A model generated the notes under the pieces. The model did not search any database. It was given only the letters and a program-made list of their open reading frames with translations, and had not been told where the DNA came from. Source: a bacterium (GTDB lineage: Bacteria > Hinthialibacterota > Hinthialibacteria > Hinthialibacterales > Hinthialibacteraceae). From it: a DNA stretch of 64,000 nucleotides. Where the stretch lies: positions 42,193 to 106,192 of the forward strand of contig CAXXSM010000150.1 of NCBI GenBank assembly GCA_963663405.2, in the 5' to 3' direction. Below are positions 11,008 to 20,929 of the stretch, piece after piece (the first letter of the stretch is position 1; the number at the start of each line of letters is the position of its first letter). The position numbers were made by a program, and so were the translations under genes.

Positions 11008-12018
11008 TTATAGCCATTCGTCGATGGTATAGTCCACATCGGACGTAGCCCATTTCGGATAAATAATACCATGTTCGATGACGTGTTTCACGCCTTCTTC
11101 TGTGCTGATCCTTGGCTCAAATCCCAATATCTCACGCGCTTTCGCCGTATCACAAAAGCGCTCAAATATTTCGCGTTCTTTCGTCCGGTCCGTATTGGCA
11201 AATTGATTCTGTATCTTCGGTTCGAGTTTATCTTCTTTACCACACAGCCGGATGATCATCTGGGCAAGTTCCAATAATGTAAGTGGATCACCGCTGTTCC
11301 CGATGTTAAACACTTCACCATCCGCCTTGGGATTAAAGAGCGCATCCAGCAGCCCGCGCGCCGAATCCTGCGAATAGCAGTAAGACCGGACCTGCTTTCC
11401 ATCACCATACACGACAGGTGGCTTGCCTTCCAGGCAATTGCGAATGAACTTTGGAATGACAAACTGCGCGATCTGGAACGGGCCATACGTATTAAAGAAA
11501 CGCATAATCGTATAATTGAATTCCGGATAGCGCTGCGCGTACGCCTGACAAAGTTCCTCTCCGGTCATTTTCGTCACGGCGTAGACGGTCTTGCCATGTG
11601 TACGGGTTTTTTCCGTTACTGGATTCTCCAACGGTTCACCGTACACTTCAGACGAGGAAGCGAAAATAATTTTCTTTACACGGTGTTGAATGGCGATATC
11701 CAAGACATTCTGCGTTCCATTGACGTTGATCTCCAGGCAACGGAGTTTGTTGGTTTCCGTGCGCCGTACCCCTAAATACGCGGCGAGATGAACGACGGCG
11801 TCGCAGCCGGCCAATGCGTCCCGCAGTGACGAACAGTCTAGAATCGAACCATAGTAAATATCAATCTTCGGATCGATCGACGACTCGACACGCGCGATCT
11901 GTCCACGCAAATCAAACAACACAACGGAAACGCCCCGCCGGACCAGTTCTTTGCAGACTTGCATTCCAATGCAGCCCGCCCCTCCTGTGACTAACACTTT
12001 TTTTAATTCGTACGGCAT
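11008..12018 (-). CDS. NAD-dependent nucleotide-sugar epimerase/dehydratase (extended SDR)
   Basis: VTGGAGCIG, VHLAA, ASSSEVYG, YAVTK (YxxxK), RFFNTYGP. Confidence 0.9.
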   Translation of the reverse strand: MPYELKKVLVTGGAGCIGMQVCKELVRRGVSVVLFDLRGQIARVESSIDPKIDIYYGSILDCSSLRDALAGCDAVVHLAAYLGVRRTETNKLRCLEINVNGTQNVLDIAIQHRVKKIIFASSSEVYGEPLENPVTEKTRTHGKTVYAVTKMTGEELCQAYAQRYPEFNYTIMRFFNTYGPFQIAQFVIPKFIRNCLEGKPPVVYGDGKQVRSYCYSQDSARGLLDALFNPKADGEVFNIGNSGDPLTLLELAQMIIRLCGKEDKLEPKIQNQFANTDRTKEREIFERFCDTAKAREILGFEPRISTEEGVKHVIEHGIIYPKWATSDVDYTIDEWL

Positions 12019-12074
12019 ATTCCATCCGTCCTTTACAAAGGAGATTCATTTCTATATTGTTGAGTTTACACAAT

Positions 12075-13335
12075 TCAACAATTTCCAGCGCACATACATT
12101 GACGTTTTAAAGGCTGAAACTTCAGATAGGTCAACGAACGCCAAAGCCACTCGAAGGGACCAAACTGAAAATAACACAGCCAGATCACAGAATACATTAA
12201 TTGTATAATCCAGATTGTGAAGACAAAAAGAAACTGTTGATAACGTTCCAAATAACCATACCACCCCAATCCATGCCCATAAAAGAATAATGTGCCCAGA
12301 ATGGATTGCATCAGATAATTGGTCAACGCCAGCTGACCCGCCGCGGAAAATCCCCGCGTCAAACACCCTGCCTTTCCACTCTTAATCCACAGAACCATTA
12401 TGCTGATCCACATTAATGCGATCAATGGAGCGGAAAATAAATAAAGAGGCCTGCAGAACATACTATACGCCTGGTAATCCCAGCTTGTTTGACACAAAAT
12501 GATGATATCCAACAAGGTTAATGGTATCCCCACGAACAGACCGATTCCGATTAGGTATCGATACAAGCGCTTGCTTCCTTCTCCGCTCAACACTCCCCAT
12601 TTGAACAGCGCCATACCTAACAGCATCATTGCGCCAACCTGAAAGATACGCCCATGAAAGAAAAAACTTCTTACCTCAAGATGATACGCGATGAAAAAAC
12701 GCAATGACATTTGGTCTTTATAACCACCGCGGAAAGTGTCGAGAAAATGCTGGATAGTACGATTTGACACTTCCCAGTTTCCATGAATCCGGCTTTCCAG
12801 CGCCGCGCCTTCCAACTGATAGATTTGCCAACCATGTTCTAACGTAATCCCTGCATAAATCAGATGAAAGACAATCGCCAGGAGAAGTAGCCATTTGGGT
12901 GAGAGTTTTCTGAACAAACAAAGAACGGCCGCGCACATCGTATACCGCGTTAAGACATCGCCGGACCAAATTAAATAGGCGTGCGCCAATCCCATAAGCC
13001 CCATCACAATGATCCGCCGGTAATAGACAAAACAACGGATTGCGGCCCCGCGCTTCCACCCGTGACATCATTAGAACAATACCCGCGCCGAACAGCATCG
13101 AGAAGATGCTAATGAATTTCGAATCAAACAAGAGATGGCTAATGAACCAGACGCCGAAATTGATCCCGCTGAAATCTCCATACGTATTCGGATTGTCATA
13201 CGCGAACGCGGGCATCGCCATCACTTGGATATTCATCATCAGAATCCCCAACACCGCCATACCACGCACAGCGTCCAATGTTTGGATACGATAAGGTTGG
13301 CTTATGGGGCCAATCTGGGAATTCTGCATTGGCAA
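12075..13335 (-). CDS. DUF418/YeiB-family membrane protein, frameshifted at ~13030
   Basis: RIQTLDAVRGMAVLGILMMN...KFISIFSMLFGAG in one ORF and GQLALTNYLMQS...GPFEWLWRSLTY in the other. Removing one T from CCGTTGTTTTGTC gives PLFVYYRRIIVMGLMG. Confidence 0.85.
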
Positions 13336-13347
13336 ACAACCAAGTGA

Positions 13348-14523
13348 TCAGTATGCGATGATCTTTTGGATGAGGTTATTGTTGATTTCAACCGATTCGA
13401 GAACGTCTACGATCTTCTGAGCGGCATCTCCATTTCCATATGGATTGACGACATTCTTCACTTTTTCTTTAAACGTCTCGTCATAAAGGGCGGTTTGAAT
13501 CGCGTTGATAATTTCATCGACATCATGGGATACATCGATCACATTCTCCGCCCGCAGACGGCCGTTCTGCCGCGTGCCGATATTCACTGTAGGCAGTTGA
13601 AAACTCGGCGCTTCGCGAATCCCCGCCGACGAATTGCCGACCATAACCGAAGCATGGCGCATCAAACTGAGAAAATCCTGGTTCTCAATATTCGGAAAAA
13701 TATGAAAGCGCGAGAGTCCCTTCATCTCATCGATGATCTCCCGCCCCCCCGCGTCGGCGTTCGAGTAGATCGTGACAACCTCCGCTTCGGGGAAATTCAT
13801 CAACGCTTGAATGGCGATCCGGGCCTGCGCGACTCCCTGCCCGTATTCCGTCGTTACGGGATGGTACGTAAAGAGAAAGAGCGGACGCTCCAGATCAAAG
13901 CCGAATTGAGCGGCCAGTTCTTCTTTCCCCTTCAATTCAACCGAGTTGATAATATCAAGATAAGGACAACCGGTTTGAAACACCATCTCCGGATTCTCGC
14001 CCATTTTGATGATACGCTCAGCGGCGTCGGGCGTGGCGGGAAAATGGATGTGCGACAGTTTGGTGACGGCGTGGCGGATGCTTTCATCAATCGTGCCCGT
14101 CACCTCACCGCCTTGGATGTGCGCAATGGGAAGATTTAACAACGCCGCCGACTGTGCGGCGGCCAAGGTTTCAACGCGGTCTACCGTCAATAGAAAAATA
14201 TCAGGTTGAATCTCATGGAGCGCGTCCGCGATCCCATCCGAGCAGCGCGCGGCCGCTTTCGCCATCCCATAAGGACTGTCGTCGTCCGTATACATATTCA
14301 CCCGCGCGGCGATATCAAAACCGTCCTGCTCAATCTGTTCAACGGTATATCCAAATTCTTTCAACAAATGAATACCCGTGACAATCAGTTTTAATTCCAG
14401 ATTCGGGCGTCTCGCGATTTCATGCAAAACGGATTTCACACGAGGATAATCAGCCCGTGTCCCAGTCATGCACGCGATCCGTCGTTTGTTCTTTTTCATC
14501 GATTTTCTATCCAGTACATTCAA
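13348..14523 (-). CDS. neuC: UDP-GlcNAc 2-epimerase, hydrolysing (NeuC family), second copy; likely start 14499
   Basis: MTGTRADY, HIQGGEVTGTIDESIRHAVTKLSHIHF, TYHPVT, VGNSSAGIREAP, NPYGNG. Confidence 0.92.
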   Translation of the reverse strand: MNVLDRKSMKKNKRRIACMTGTRADYPRVKSVLHEIARRPNLELKLIVTGIHLLKEFGYTVEQIEQDGFDIAARVNMYTDDDSPYGMAKAAARCSDGIADALHEIQPDIFLLTVDRVETLAAAQSAALLNLPIAHIQGGEVTGTIDESIRHAVTKLSHIHFPATPDAAERIIKMGENPEMVFQTGCPYLDIINSVELKGKEELAAQFGFDLERPLFLFTYHPVTTEYGQGVAQARIAIQALMNFPEAEVVTIYSNADAGGREIIDEMKGLSRFHIFPNIENQDFLSLMRHASVMVGNSSAGIREAPSFQLPTVNIGTRQNGRLRAENVIDVSHDVDEIINAIQTALYDETFKEKVKNVVNPYGNGDAAQKIVDVLESVEINNNLIQKIIAY

Positions 14524-14531
14524 TTATGGAA

Positions 14532-15242
14532 TTACTCTTCAAAAAAATAGCGGTACGTCTCTTTTCGCCGGTTCAAATAAAATTCCGCCAAAAGAAAATC
14601 ATCTGGGTAGTCGATGTCAATGTCAACCCAGCCGTCATCCAATACAAAAGGTTTGATGTTCGAACCGAGAAAACAATCGTTCTTCAATGTCCGCGCCGTG
14701 CGGAACATGAAGAGATGCCCAGTGAGCACATGCAGTATTTTTGAATTGGAGAGCCGGTGGGGAAGTTGTTTCTCGTAGGGCGTCCAAAATTCCTCCCCCA
14801 ATTCGCCAAAAATCTCTCTGGATTTCCGAACCGACACCATCGAATCCGCTTCGGGCGATCCACGCATTTCCTCAATGGCCTTATTGATCATCTGGGGCGT
14901 ACGGAACGGATTGGTCGGTTGCAGCAAGATCAGAATATCCACCGAATAGCCTTGTTGATCCTCAATCCATTCAACCGCATGCTGAATGACACGAAAATTG
15001 GGCACGCTGTCATCACACAATTCCTGCGGCCGCCGGATAATTTCCGCGCCGTAAGAGGCGCCTAAATTCGCGATCTCATCACTTTCCGTACTGACATATA
15101 CGCCTGTCAACGAAGACGCCAGTTTGGCGGCTTTCACCGAGTAATAAAAAAGAGGATAACCGCAGAGTGGTTTAACGTTTTTATTTGGCAATCGGTTGGA
15201 ATGGCCTTTCGCTGGAATAATGGCGGCAACGTTTTCTTTCAC
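14532..15242 (-). CDS. neuA: Acylneuraminate cytidylyltransferase (CMP-nonulosonate synthetase)
   Basis: AIIPAKGHSNRLPNKN, VSTES, LLQPTNPFR, DIDIDYPDDF. Confidence 0.9.
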   Translation of the reverse strand: MKENVAAIIPAKGHSNRLPNKNVKPLCGYPLFYYSVKAAKLASSLTGVYVSTESDEIANLGASYGAEIIRRPQELCDDSVPNFRVIQHAVEWIEDQQGYSVDILILLQPTNPFRTPQMINKAIEEMRGSPEADSMVSVRKSREIFGELGEEFWTPYEKQLPHRLSNSKILHVLTGHLFMFRTARTLKNDCFLGSNIKPFVLDDGWVDIDIDYPDDFLLAEFYLNRRKETYRYFFEE

Positions 15243-15257
15243 GAAATTACTCTCTCC

Positions 15258-15914
15258 CTATTTCTCCCGTGTTAGTTCCACGTCCATTGCCGCATCCCCC
15301 CAAATAGCGCGAAGCGAACGGCTGTCCTCCATCAGTGGGAATCCACAAAGGGCGCCCAACGCGTAGGTGTCTCCCGCATAAAGAGTCATAAAACGCGAGA
15401 GGAAAGCCACAACGAGCGCCGGTGAATGCGCGTAATCATTCGGAGCCTGTTCATCCGATAACGCCGGCGAAGATTCCACTCGCAAAGGAGTGTCACGCTC
15501 CCGTTCAATCCGCTCTAAGGGCATCAAATCCCCCAGCGTATGAAATCCCTCGATCCACTGCCCATAATAAACCGCGATTCCATGATCCCGAAGCCGAATC
15601 TGATGTTCCAGCCGCGTCAATTCATCAATCACGTAAGGGCTGTACAATCCGATCCACAACCGGCATCCAGCAATATATCGCCCCGCGTCTTCGATGGACA
15701 CGCCTTGGCAATCTGCCTTGAGTTCAATCGCCAAACCGGCGAATCCCATCACTTTTCCCGCAAACTTGGGAATACAGATCGACCCGGCGTTGTACGACGC
15801 GACATGCGGAGGACATAAATACGCCAGAGGAAAGCGGCTTTTCTTAATATCCCACGTTCGTATGGAAAAATCCGAATTTCCGACGACAAACCAAAATTCA
15901 CCATTCAGGGCCAT
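15258..15914 (-). CDS. Degenerate fumarylacetoacetate-hydrolase-like protein
   Basis: Weak FAH-fold traces (AGLAIEL...DAGRYIAG; VAFLSRFMTLYAGD); overlaps the upstream FAH gene. Confidence 0.5.
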   Translation of the reverse strand: MALNGEFWFVVGNSDFSIRTWDIKKSRFPLAYLCPPHVASYNAGSICIPKFAGKVMGFAGLAIELKADCQGVSIEDAGRYIAGCRLWIGLYSPYVIDELTRLEHQIRLRDHGIAVYYGQWIEGFHTLGDLMPLERIERERDTPLRVESSPALSDEQAPNDYAHSPALVVAFLSRFMTLYAGDTYALGALCGFPLMEDSRSLRAIWGDAAMDVELTREK

Positions 15915-16942
15915 ATCTCTTCCTCACTTTCCCGCAGGTCGTTTACTGGATTTCGGAGCACTCCGATCTTCTCGTATTCAATCTCGAAGTAATCCTCATC
16001 TGTCAGACGCATATCCTGCTCAACCGTATACCCATCGATACTCATCGTTCCCATGTGGATTATCATCCCTGGCTTCAACGTGAACATGCGGGAAAGATAT
16101 TCAATCGTATGCTCAATGTCATTGACCAGGGCTTGGCTGTACGAACGCTCCCTCTGTATGCCAGATAGGCGGTTATAAATCATCAGGTTATATGGATCAG
16201 GAACCTCATCTCTCGATACCAGATAAGGACCGACCGGCGCAAATGTGTCAATGCTGCGCGAATAGAACGAGGTAGTATGCCGCGCGGCGAACACACTACT
16301 GTCGGTTTCGACCAGCGCTTCATCAATCCCCCGTAGAGCGTACTGCTTCCAAGTGTCCGAACACATATCGTTGACCAGCGTATACCCAGCGACATACTCC
16401 ATCGCCTCTTTCGCGGGTACGTACCTCCCGGTTTTTCCAATAATGACGCCCAACTCCGCCGCAGAACGAAAATTGCGTAAATAGGGTGGAATCGTTACGG
16501 TCTCTTTATGACCGATCAAAGCCGTACGGGAACGGGGGCGCAGGAATCCCTGGGGATAGCCGGGAATCTGATAAGGCTTGTCCCGGAAAAAGAACGGTGA
16601 ATTGCCGCCAATCCCAAACATCAACGGTGGATTGGGAATCGGGGGCAGCCAACGTATCGCTTCGCAATCAAACCGCGCGTTCCGTAAAAGAAAAGAATCC
16701 CCCTCTTCCATCACCCAAATAATAAAATCATTCATCCGTCGAAGACCGTCGGAGCCTTCCATTCCTAATTCCAGCAGGTCAATCAAACGAAAACCGGTGA
16801 TATCGGTTTGGAAAAATCGGGGCTTGCTAAAGGTTTTCATATTGGGAACCGCCTTCACTACTTCATGAATATCAAAGACGGTGTCTCCAACCACCAAACC
16901 GGTCCGCTCTTTTTCATTGGCAATAAATGACGCGAGCTTCAT
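15905..16942 (-). CDS. Fumarylacetoacetate hydrolase family protein
   Basis: ELGVIIGK..RYV...AMEYVAGYTLVND, DTFAPVGPYLV.RDEVPDP, YLSRMFTLKPG, IGVLRNPV. Confidence 0.85.
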   Translation of the reverse strand: MKLASFIANEKERTGLVVGDTVFDIHEVVKAVPNMKTFSKPRFFQTDITGFRLIDLLELGMEGSDGLRRMNDFIIWVMEEGDSFLLRNARFDCEAIRWLPPIPNPPLMFGIGGNSPFFFRDKPYQIPGYPQGFLRPRSRTALIGHKETVTIPPYLRNFRSAAELGVIIGKTGRYVPAKEAMEYVAGYTLVNDMCSDTWKQYALRGIDEALVETDSSVFAARHTTSFYSRSIDTFAPVGPYLVSRDEVPDPYNLMIYNRLSGIQRERSYSQALVNDIEHTIEYLSRMFTLKPGMIIHMGTMSIDGYTVEQDMRLTDEDYFEIEYEKIGVLRNPVNDLRESEEEIWP

Positions 16943-17020
16943 TGTTTCGATTCCTTATATGTTTAGGCTGGTAAAATGGAAACGTTGTATTTTTGGATTT
17001 CTTGATCGCATGAGATATAT

Positions 17021-17257
17021 TTACTGCATTATTCCAAATGGCTTAGAAATATCGGGGGGCAACGGATCATCAAAATTGTCCATCATCTTAATCTTTCCTT
17101 TCATCGCCCCTGGAACACGAGATTCTTTGGGAGTTCTGGCTATAGGAACGATTTTCGCAATAGGTTTTCCATTTTGTTCCAATATCACTTCGTGCCCCGC
17201 TTTTACACGCTCGAGCAATTCCAACAAATTTGCTTTTTGAATATCGGTTGTAAGCAT
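17021..17257 (-). CDS. Phd/YefM-family type II antitoxin (no cognate toxin adjacent)
   Basis: KANLLELLERVKAGHEVILEQNGKPIAKIVP plus RVPGAMKGKIKMMDNFDDPLP tail; start placed at MLTTDIQ. Confidence 0.8.
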   Translation of the reverse strand: MLTTDIQKANLLELLERVKAGHEVILEQNGKPIAKIVPIARTPKESRVPGAMKGKIKMMDNFDDPLPPDISKPFGIMQ

Positions 17258-17307
17258 TGAATTGAGCAATTCCAAATCCATTCTTTTGAAGCGCACCTTA
17301 TCAAGTA

Positions 17308-17937
17308 TCAAAAACAGGACACAAAGGATATCTGTTTCTCTTTCGCGATTTCTTCCACTTGCGCGAGTTCATCATTCTTGTCGGTATGAGAGGCTAACGA
17401 GAGGAGTAAATCCGCCGAACCGTTTTTCCGCAGCCAATCCAGATTGTAAATCGAATGATCCACACAGCGTTTTCCCTCATTTTTAGGATCGACAATGCCT
17501 ACTAACTCCATCCGCAGTTCCCGCACGGCGAGATAGGCCAGTTCCGCGACTTCCCCGCTCCCATAAAAAATGACTCGCTTCTTGTTTTGCGCGGCGAAAG
17601 GACGCATGGCCTCATTGGCTTTCCGGCGCACTTCGCGGATGTATTGAAACGAATACTCTAAAAATTCATACGTCAGCCGGGCTTTTTCTTTAATTCCGCT
17701 TGGTGTCAACAAATAGCGCAGCCGTCTTCTTTCCAGCTGTTTCGTCTTGACATATCCTTTATAAATTACCCGCTTCAGATATGAATTCACCAAACCCACC
17801 GCCACGCCAAGGCGGGTCGCCAAGTCTTTTTGGGTGGTGTCCGGCTCATCAGAGATCGCTTTGAGAAGATTGAGGATCATCTCCTCATCGCGGTCCATAA
17901 CGCCGTTTTCGTCTCTGGTTTGGGAAGGATTTTTCAT
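17308..17937 (-). CDS. MarR-type winged-helix regulator associated with polysaccharide loci, with C-terminal Rossmann-like domain
   Basis: TQKDLATRLGVAVGLVNSYLKRVIYKGYVK...YLLTPSGIKEKARLTYEFL; FYGSGEVAELAY. Confidence 0.85.
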   Translation of the reverse strand: MKNPSQTRDENGVMDRDEEMILNLLKAISDEPDTTQKDLATRLGVAVGLVNSYLKRVIYKGYVKTKQLERRRLRYLLTPSGIKEKARLTYEFLEYSFQYIREVRRKANEAMRPFAAQNKKRVIFYGSGEVAELAYLAVRELRMELVGIVDPKNEGKRCVDHSIYNLDWLRKNGSADLLLSLASHTDKNDELAQVEEIAKEKQISFVSCF

Positions 17938-18111
17938 AATAATGAAGTATTCAGGCAGGCTTCGCCCCCGTCAGCGGTCCTTTTTCAAGGCGCGGAAAGG
18001 GAAAATTTAGATCTATTCGATCAGAATCAAGGATCTATATTGACTCCTAAATCCTTATATATCAAATCATTAAATCATGAAACTAGCATAATTTCAAAAT
18101 TTAAAATTCAA

Positions 18112-18131
18112 TATATGATTTTTATCATATA
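18112..18131. promoter_or_regulatory. Candidate operator overlapping the -10 box
   Basis: Perfect palindrome TATATGAT-TTTT-ATCATATA. Confidence 0.55.
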
Positions 18132-18152
18132 AAGAATCCAATCCCCTGTCAA
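18124..18152 (-). promoter_or_regulatory. sigma70-type promoter for the glycan operon
   Basis: Minus strand TTGACA-N17-TATGAT in AT-rich intergenic DNA upstream of the MarR gene. Confidence 0.75.
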
Positions 18153-18407
18153 GTAAAAAAAGAAAGAAAATTAAAATAAATTTTAAAAACGAAGCCGGAT
18201 AAAAAACTGGAACTAGATTATCCCCAATGGAGGATAAAATATCGTCATTGGGAGATGATTCCACCTGTACGCTGGTATCGTTCAGTCCATTCTGGGGATA
18301 GAACACCGCTGAAATTCGTGTATATTTGGCCTTGCCTTCTCTCTTGAATCAAAAAGTAAATACGCTGAATAAAACGGTCTAAAATCGAATGTGTATTGGA
18401 GGTATGA

Positions 18408-18797
18408 ATGATGGAGAACCGGCTCCCGCCACCGGACGAGATCGACAAGGACGAACGGGTATGGGCGGCGTTTTGTCATCTATCCGCGTTTAGCGTTTTT
18501 CTCCTATTTGGCTTTGGTCATATTGTCGGACCGCTCGCATTTTGGCTTCTAAAACGGCAGGAATCGACGTTTCTTGATGAACAAGGGAAAGAGGCGGTCA
18601 ATTTTCAAATCAGTATATCCATCTATTTCCTCGTCAGCGCAATGGCCGCTTTTCTTATTTTCTCTTCCGGATTTGTGGTGATTTTATTGCTGGGAGTGAT
18701 GTGGGCCTTATTCTGGTTTATTTCGGTTATTTTCGCCGCGGTTAAAGCCAACGATGGGGGGCTTTACCGCTATTATCTCTGCATTCGTTTTTTATAA
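18408..18797 (+). CDS. DUF4870-family membrane protein
   Basis: ERVWAAFCHLS...GPLAFWLLKR.ES.FLDEQGKEAVNFQIS...AAVKANDG..YRY. Confidence 0.85.
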   Translation: MMENRLPPPDEIDKDERVWAAFCHLSAFSVFLLFGFGHIVGPLAFWLLKRQESTFLDEQGKEAVNFQISISIYFLVSAMAAFLIFSSGFVVILLLGVMWALFWFISVIFAAVKANDGGLYRYYLCIRFL

Positions 18798-18826
18798 CTT
18801 TTAATTCGCTAATATTACAATGGAGG

Positions 18827-18848
18827 GCGGGCGTCCCGCCCGCAAAAA
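18827..18848. terminator. GC hairpin between convergent genes (terminator or REP-like)
   Basis: GCGGGCG-TCC-CGCCCGC followed by A5. Confidence 0.45.
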
Positions 18849-18859
18849 ATCCCCCCCTC

Positions 18860-20059
18860 TCACTCTTCCCCCCTTCGGTGACGAATCACTAAGTCTAACA
18901 AAAAATTGATAGCGGCGACAGCCAAGGTTTGTAATCCCGCCAGAACAAGAAGCGCCCCCACAGCGATGTATGTCCAAGGATAACCCGTGATTTCTCCACT
19001 CGTTAGATATTCCCGAAGAGGATTGATATTGATAGCGATCCCAGCGAATAGACTCAGAAATCCAACAGGAGCCAGCCATTTTAAAAGACGCTGGTACAAC
19101 GGTGTGCGGGTAGAAACACAATTATGGAAAATATACACGATTCGATGGGCCAACACACCAGCGCCGGTGAGCGTCAATCCTCCAATAAAGAACGCGGTGA
19201 GCGCCAACATGCGGTAGATACGATCATCGGGAACTTTCCCTGGCCGGAACGCGTCGGCGATTAAACCAGGCGCGTACACTGCGCAGGCTAAAAACAAGAG
19301 ACACGACACTGAACCGAAAAAGAGCAACGGACGGTAGATTAACGCCATTTCCAGAATAACCAGCAAAAACCGGATGCCATCCTGGAGAACGCTCAGCTTG
19401 GATTCTCCGATTCTCTCCGCATACGGCATGGGAGCTTCGCAAAGCGTCAATTCGGGATGAAACAACACGCGGGATGACATCGCCGGGGTGAAGTGAAGAC
19501 CGTCGGGTAGAGGGTAGAGTTTCGGCAGCGATTCCGTTTTCATCACCCGCATACCACTGGCGGTATCGATAATTTTTTGCCCGGATAGAGTTCCAAGTAG
19601 AAACGCATAAATGTTATTCCCCAACCGCCGCACAAAGGGTATTTCACTTTGTGGACCGAGCCGCGAACCGAGAACCACATCGGCGTCCGCCTCTTTCTGC
19701 TTGTTGCAAAGGGTAGAGAAAAAGAGGGGATCACACGTGCCATCCGCGTCAAGAAAACCAACAAGAGTTGTGTTGCTTACCCGGAATCCATACTTGATTG
19801 CGGCCCCGTAACCTTTGTTCTTTTCATGCTGAAGCAGTGTAATCTCTGGAACGTATTTCGAAGCGAGTTCATAGGTCCGGTCGCGGGAACCATCATCAAC
19901 GACGATGACACGAATCTGTTCCAGTTGTGTTTCTTGGGCGATCGTTTCCCGCGCGTCAAGACAACGCTGAATGATCGATTCAATCGCCTGCTCTTCGTTA
20001 TAAGCGGGAATCACAATCGTGAGTCCGTTTTCCAATGAACTATGAGTTGTATTCTCCAT
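18860..20059 (-). CDS. GT2 glycosyltransferase (DPM/ArnC-like) with C-terminal TM helices
   Basis: IVIPAYNEE, VVDDGSRD.T, NKGYGAA, FLDADG, DTASGMR; start placed at MENTT. Confidence 0.88.
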   Translation of the reverse strand: MENTTHSSLENGLTIVIPAYNEEQAIESIIQRCLDARETIAQETQLEQIRVIVVDDGSRDRTYELASKYVPEITLLQHEKNKGYGAAIKYGFRVSNTTLVGFLDADGTCDPLFFSTLCNKQKEADADVVLGSRLGPQSEIPFVRRLGNNIYAFLLGTLSGQKIIDTASGMRVMKTESLPKLYPLPDGLHFTPAMSSRVLFHPELTLCEAPMPYAERIGESKLSVLQDGIRFLLVILEMALIYRPLLFFGSVSCLLFLACAVYAPGLIADAFRPGKVPDDRIYRMLALTAFFIGGLTLTGAGVLAHRIVYIFHNCVSTRTPLYQRLLKWLAPVGFLSLFAGIAININPLREYLTSGEITGYPWTYIAVGALLVLAGLQTLAVAAINFLLDLVIRHRRGEE

Positions 20060-20329
20060 ACTCCATCCAAATCCAATCAACTTTTCATCCCATGGGGATT
20101 CTCTTGTTTGTATACAGAACGATACCCATACCAATAGGTTACGAATATATGGAGGGAGTATAGCTCGAATCGTGGTTTGGGGGAATGTGGAGTGGAACAT
20201 GCGGTAGGATGTTTTATAAAGAGCGCTGTTTGAATCGAGAAAGAAAACGTTTACAAAAAAACTCGAGATATGATAAAATTGAACGTGTGAGGGGAAATCC
20301 AGAATAAAATAATCAAAAGGAAATGTAAA

Positions 20330-20872
20330 ATGAAACAAAGCGCGTTCACTCTGATCGAGCTTCTCATCGTGGTAGCGATCATCGGAATCTTAGCGGCGAT
20401 CGCCGTTCCGAATTTCCTTGGCGCCCGCCTCCGCGCGCAAGTCGCCAAAGCGCATGCGGAAATGAATACATTCGTCACAGCGACGGAGATGTATCGTATG
20501 GATAATGGGGAGTATTTTCCTCATAACCACACCCCTTGGCAGAATAAATATCTGACAACACCTATCGCCTACGTTACCTCGGTACCTACCGATCCCTTTC
20601 AGAAAGGCCCGGGCCGAACGGAAGAACAATACTCATTTAATGAATACCATAGAGATCCCATCTGGTATCCCGACGGTACTCTCTGGTTGAATTATCACGA
20701 AAGACACCGTCAAAGCGAAGAAAATATGTCCCGCGCAGAACGGGGACGGCCTTGGGCATACGAACTATGGAGCGTCGGTCCCAATGGAATTGTAGACCAA
20801 CCGGCTTTTATCTATTATGAAATGACCAATGGACTTTCCAGCGATGGTATGATTGTCTGGGTTCGCCCCTGA
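20330..20872 (+). CDS. Prepilin-type N-terminal cleavage/methylation domain protein
   Basis: MKQSAFTLIELLIVVAIIGILAAIAVPNF; C-terminal SVGPNG...NGLSSDG. Confidence 0.9.
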   Translation: MKQSAFTLIELLIVVAIIGILAAIAVPNFLGARLRAQVAKAHAEMNTFVTATEMYRMDNGEYFPHNHTPWQNKYLTTPIAYVTSVPTDPFQKGPGRTEEQYSFNEYHRDPIWYPDGTLWLNYHERHRQSEENMSRAERGRPWAYELWSVGPNGIVDQPAFIYYEMTNGLSSDGMIVWVRP

Positions 20873-20929
20873 TTTGTTAAGAGCAAGTATTTCACAGGAT
20901 TACTGGGTAAGAAAAAGGAAAAGAAGTAG

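Noticed and set aside
13366-14139. Long antisense ORFs (e.g. 257 aa here; also 22958-23605, 34663-35328, 58428-59105)
   Set aside because: Shadow frames of well-supported opposite-strand genes, with no motifs
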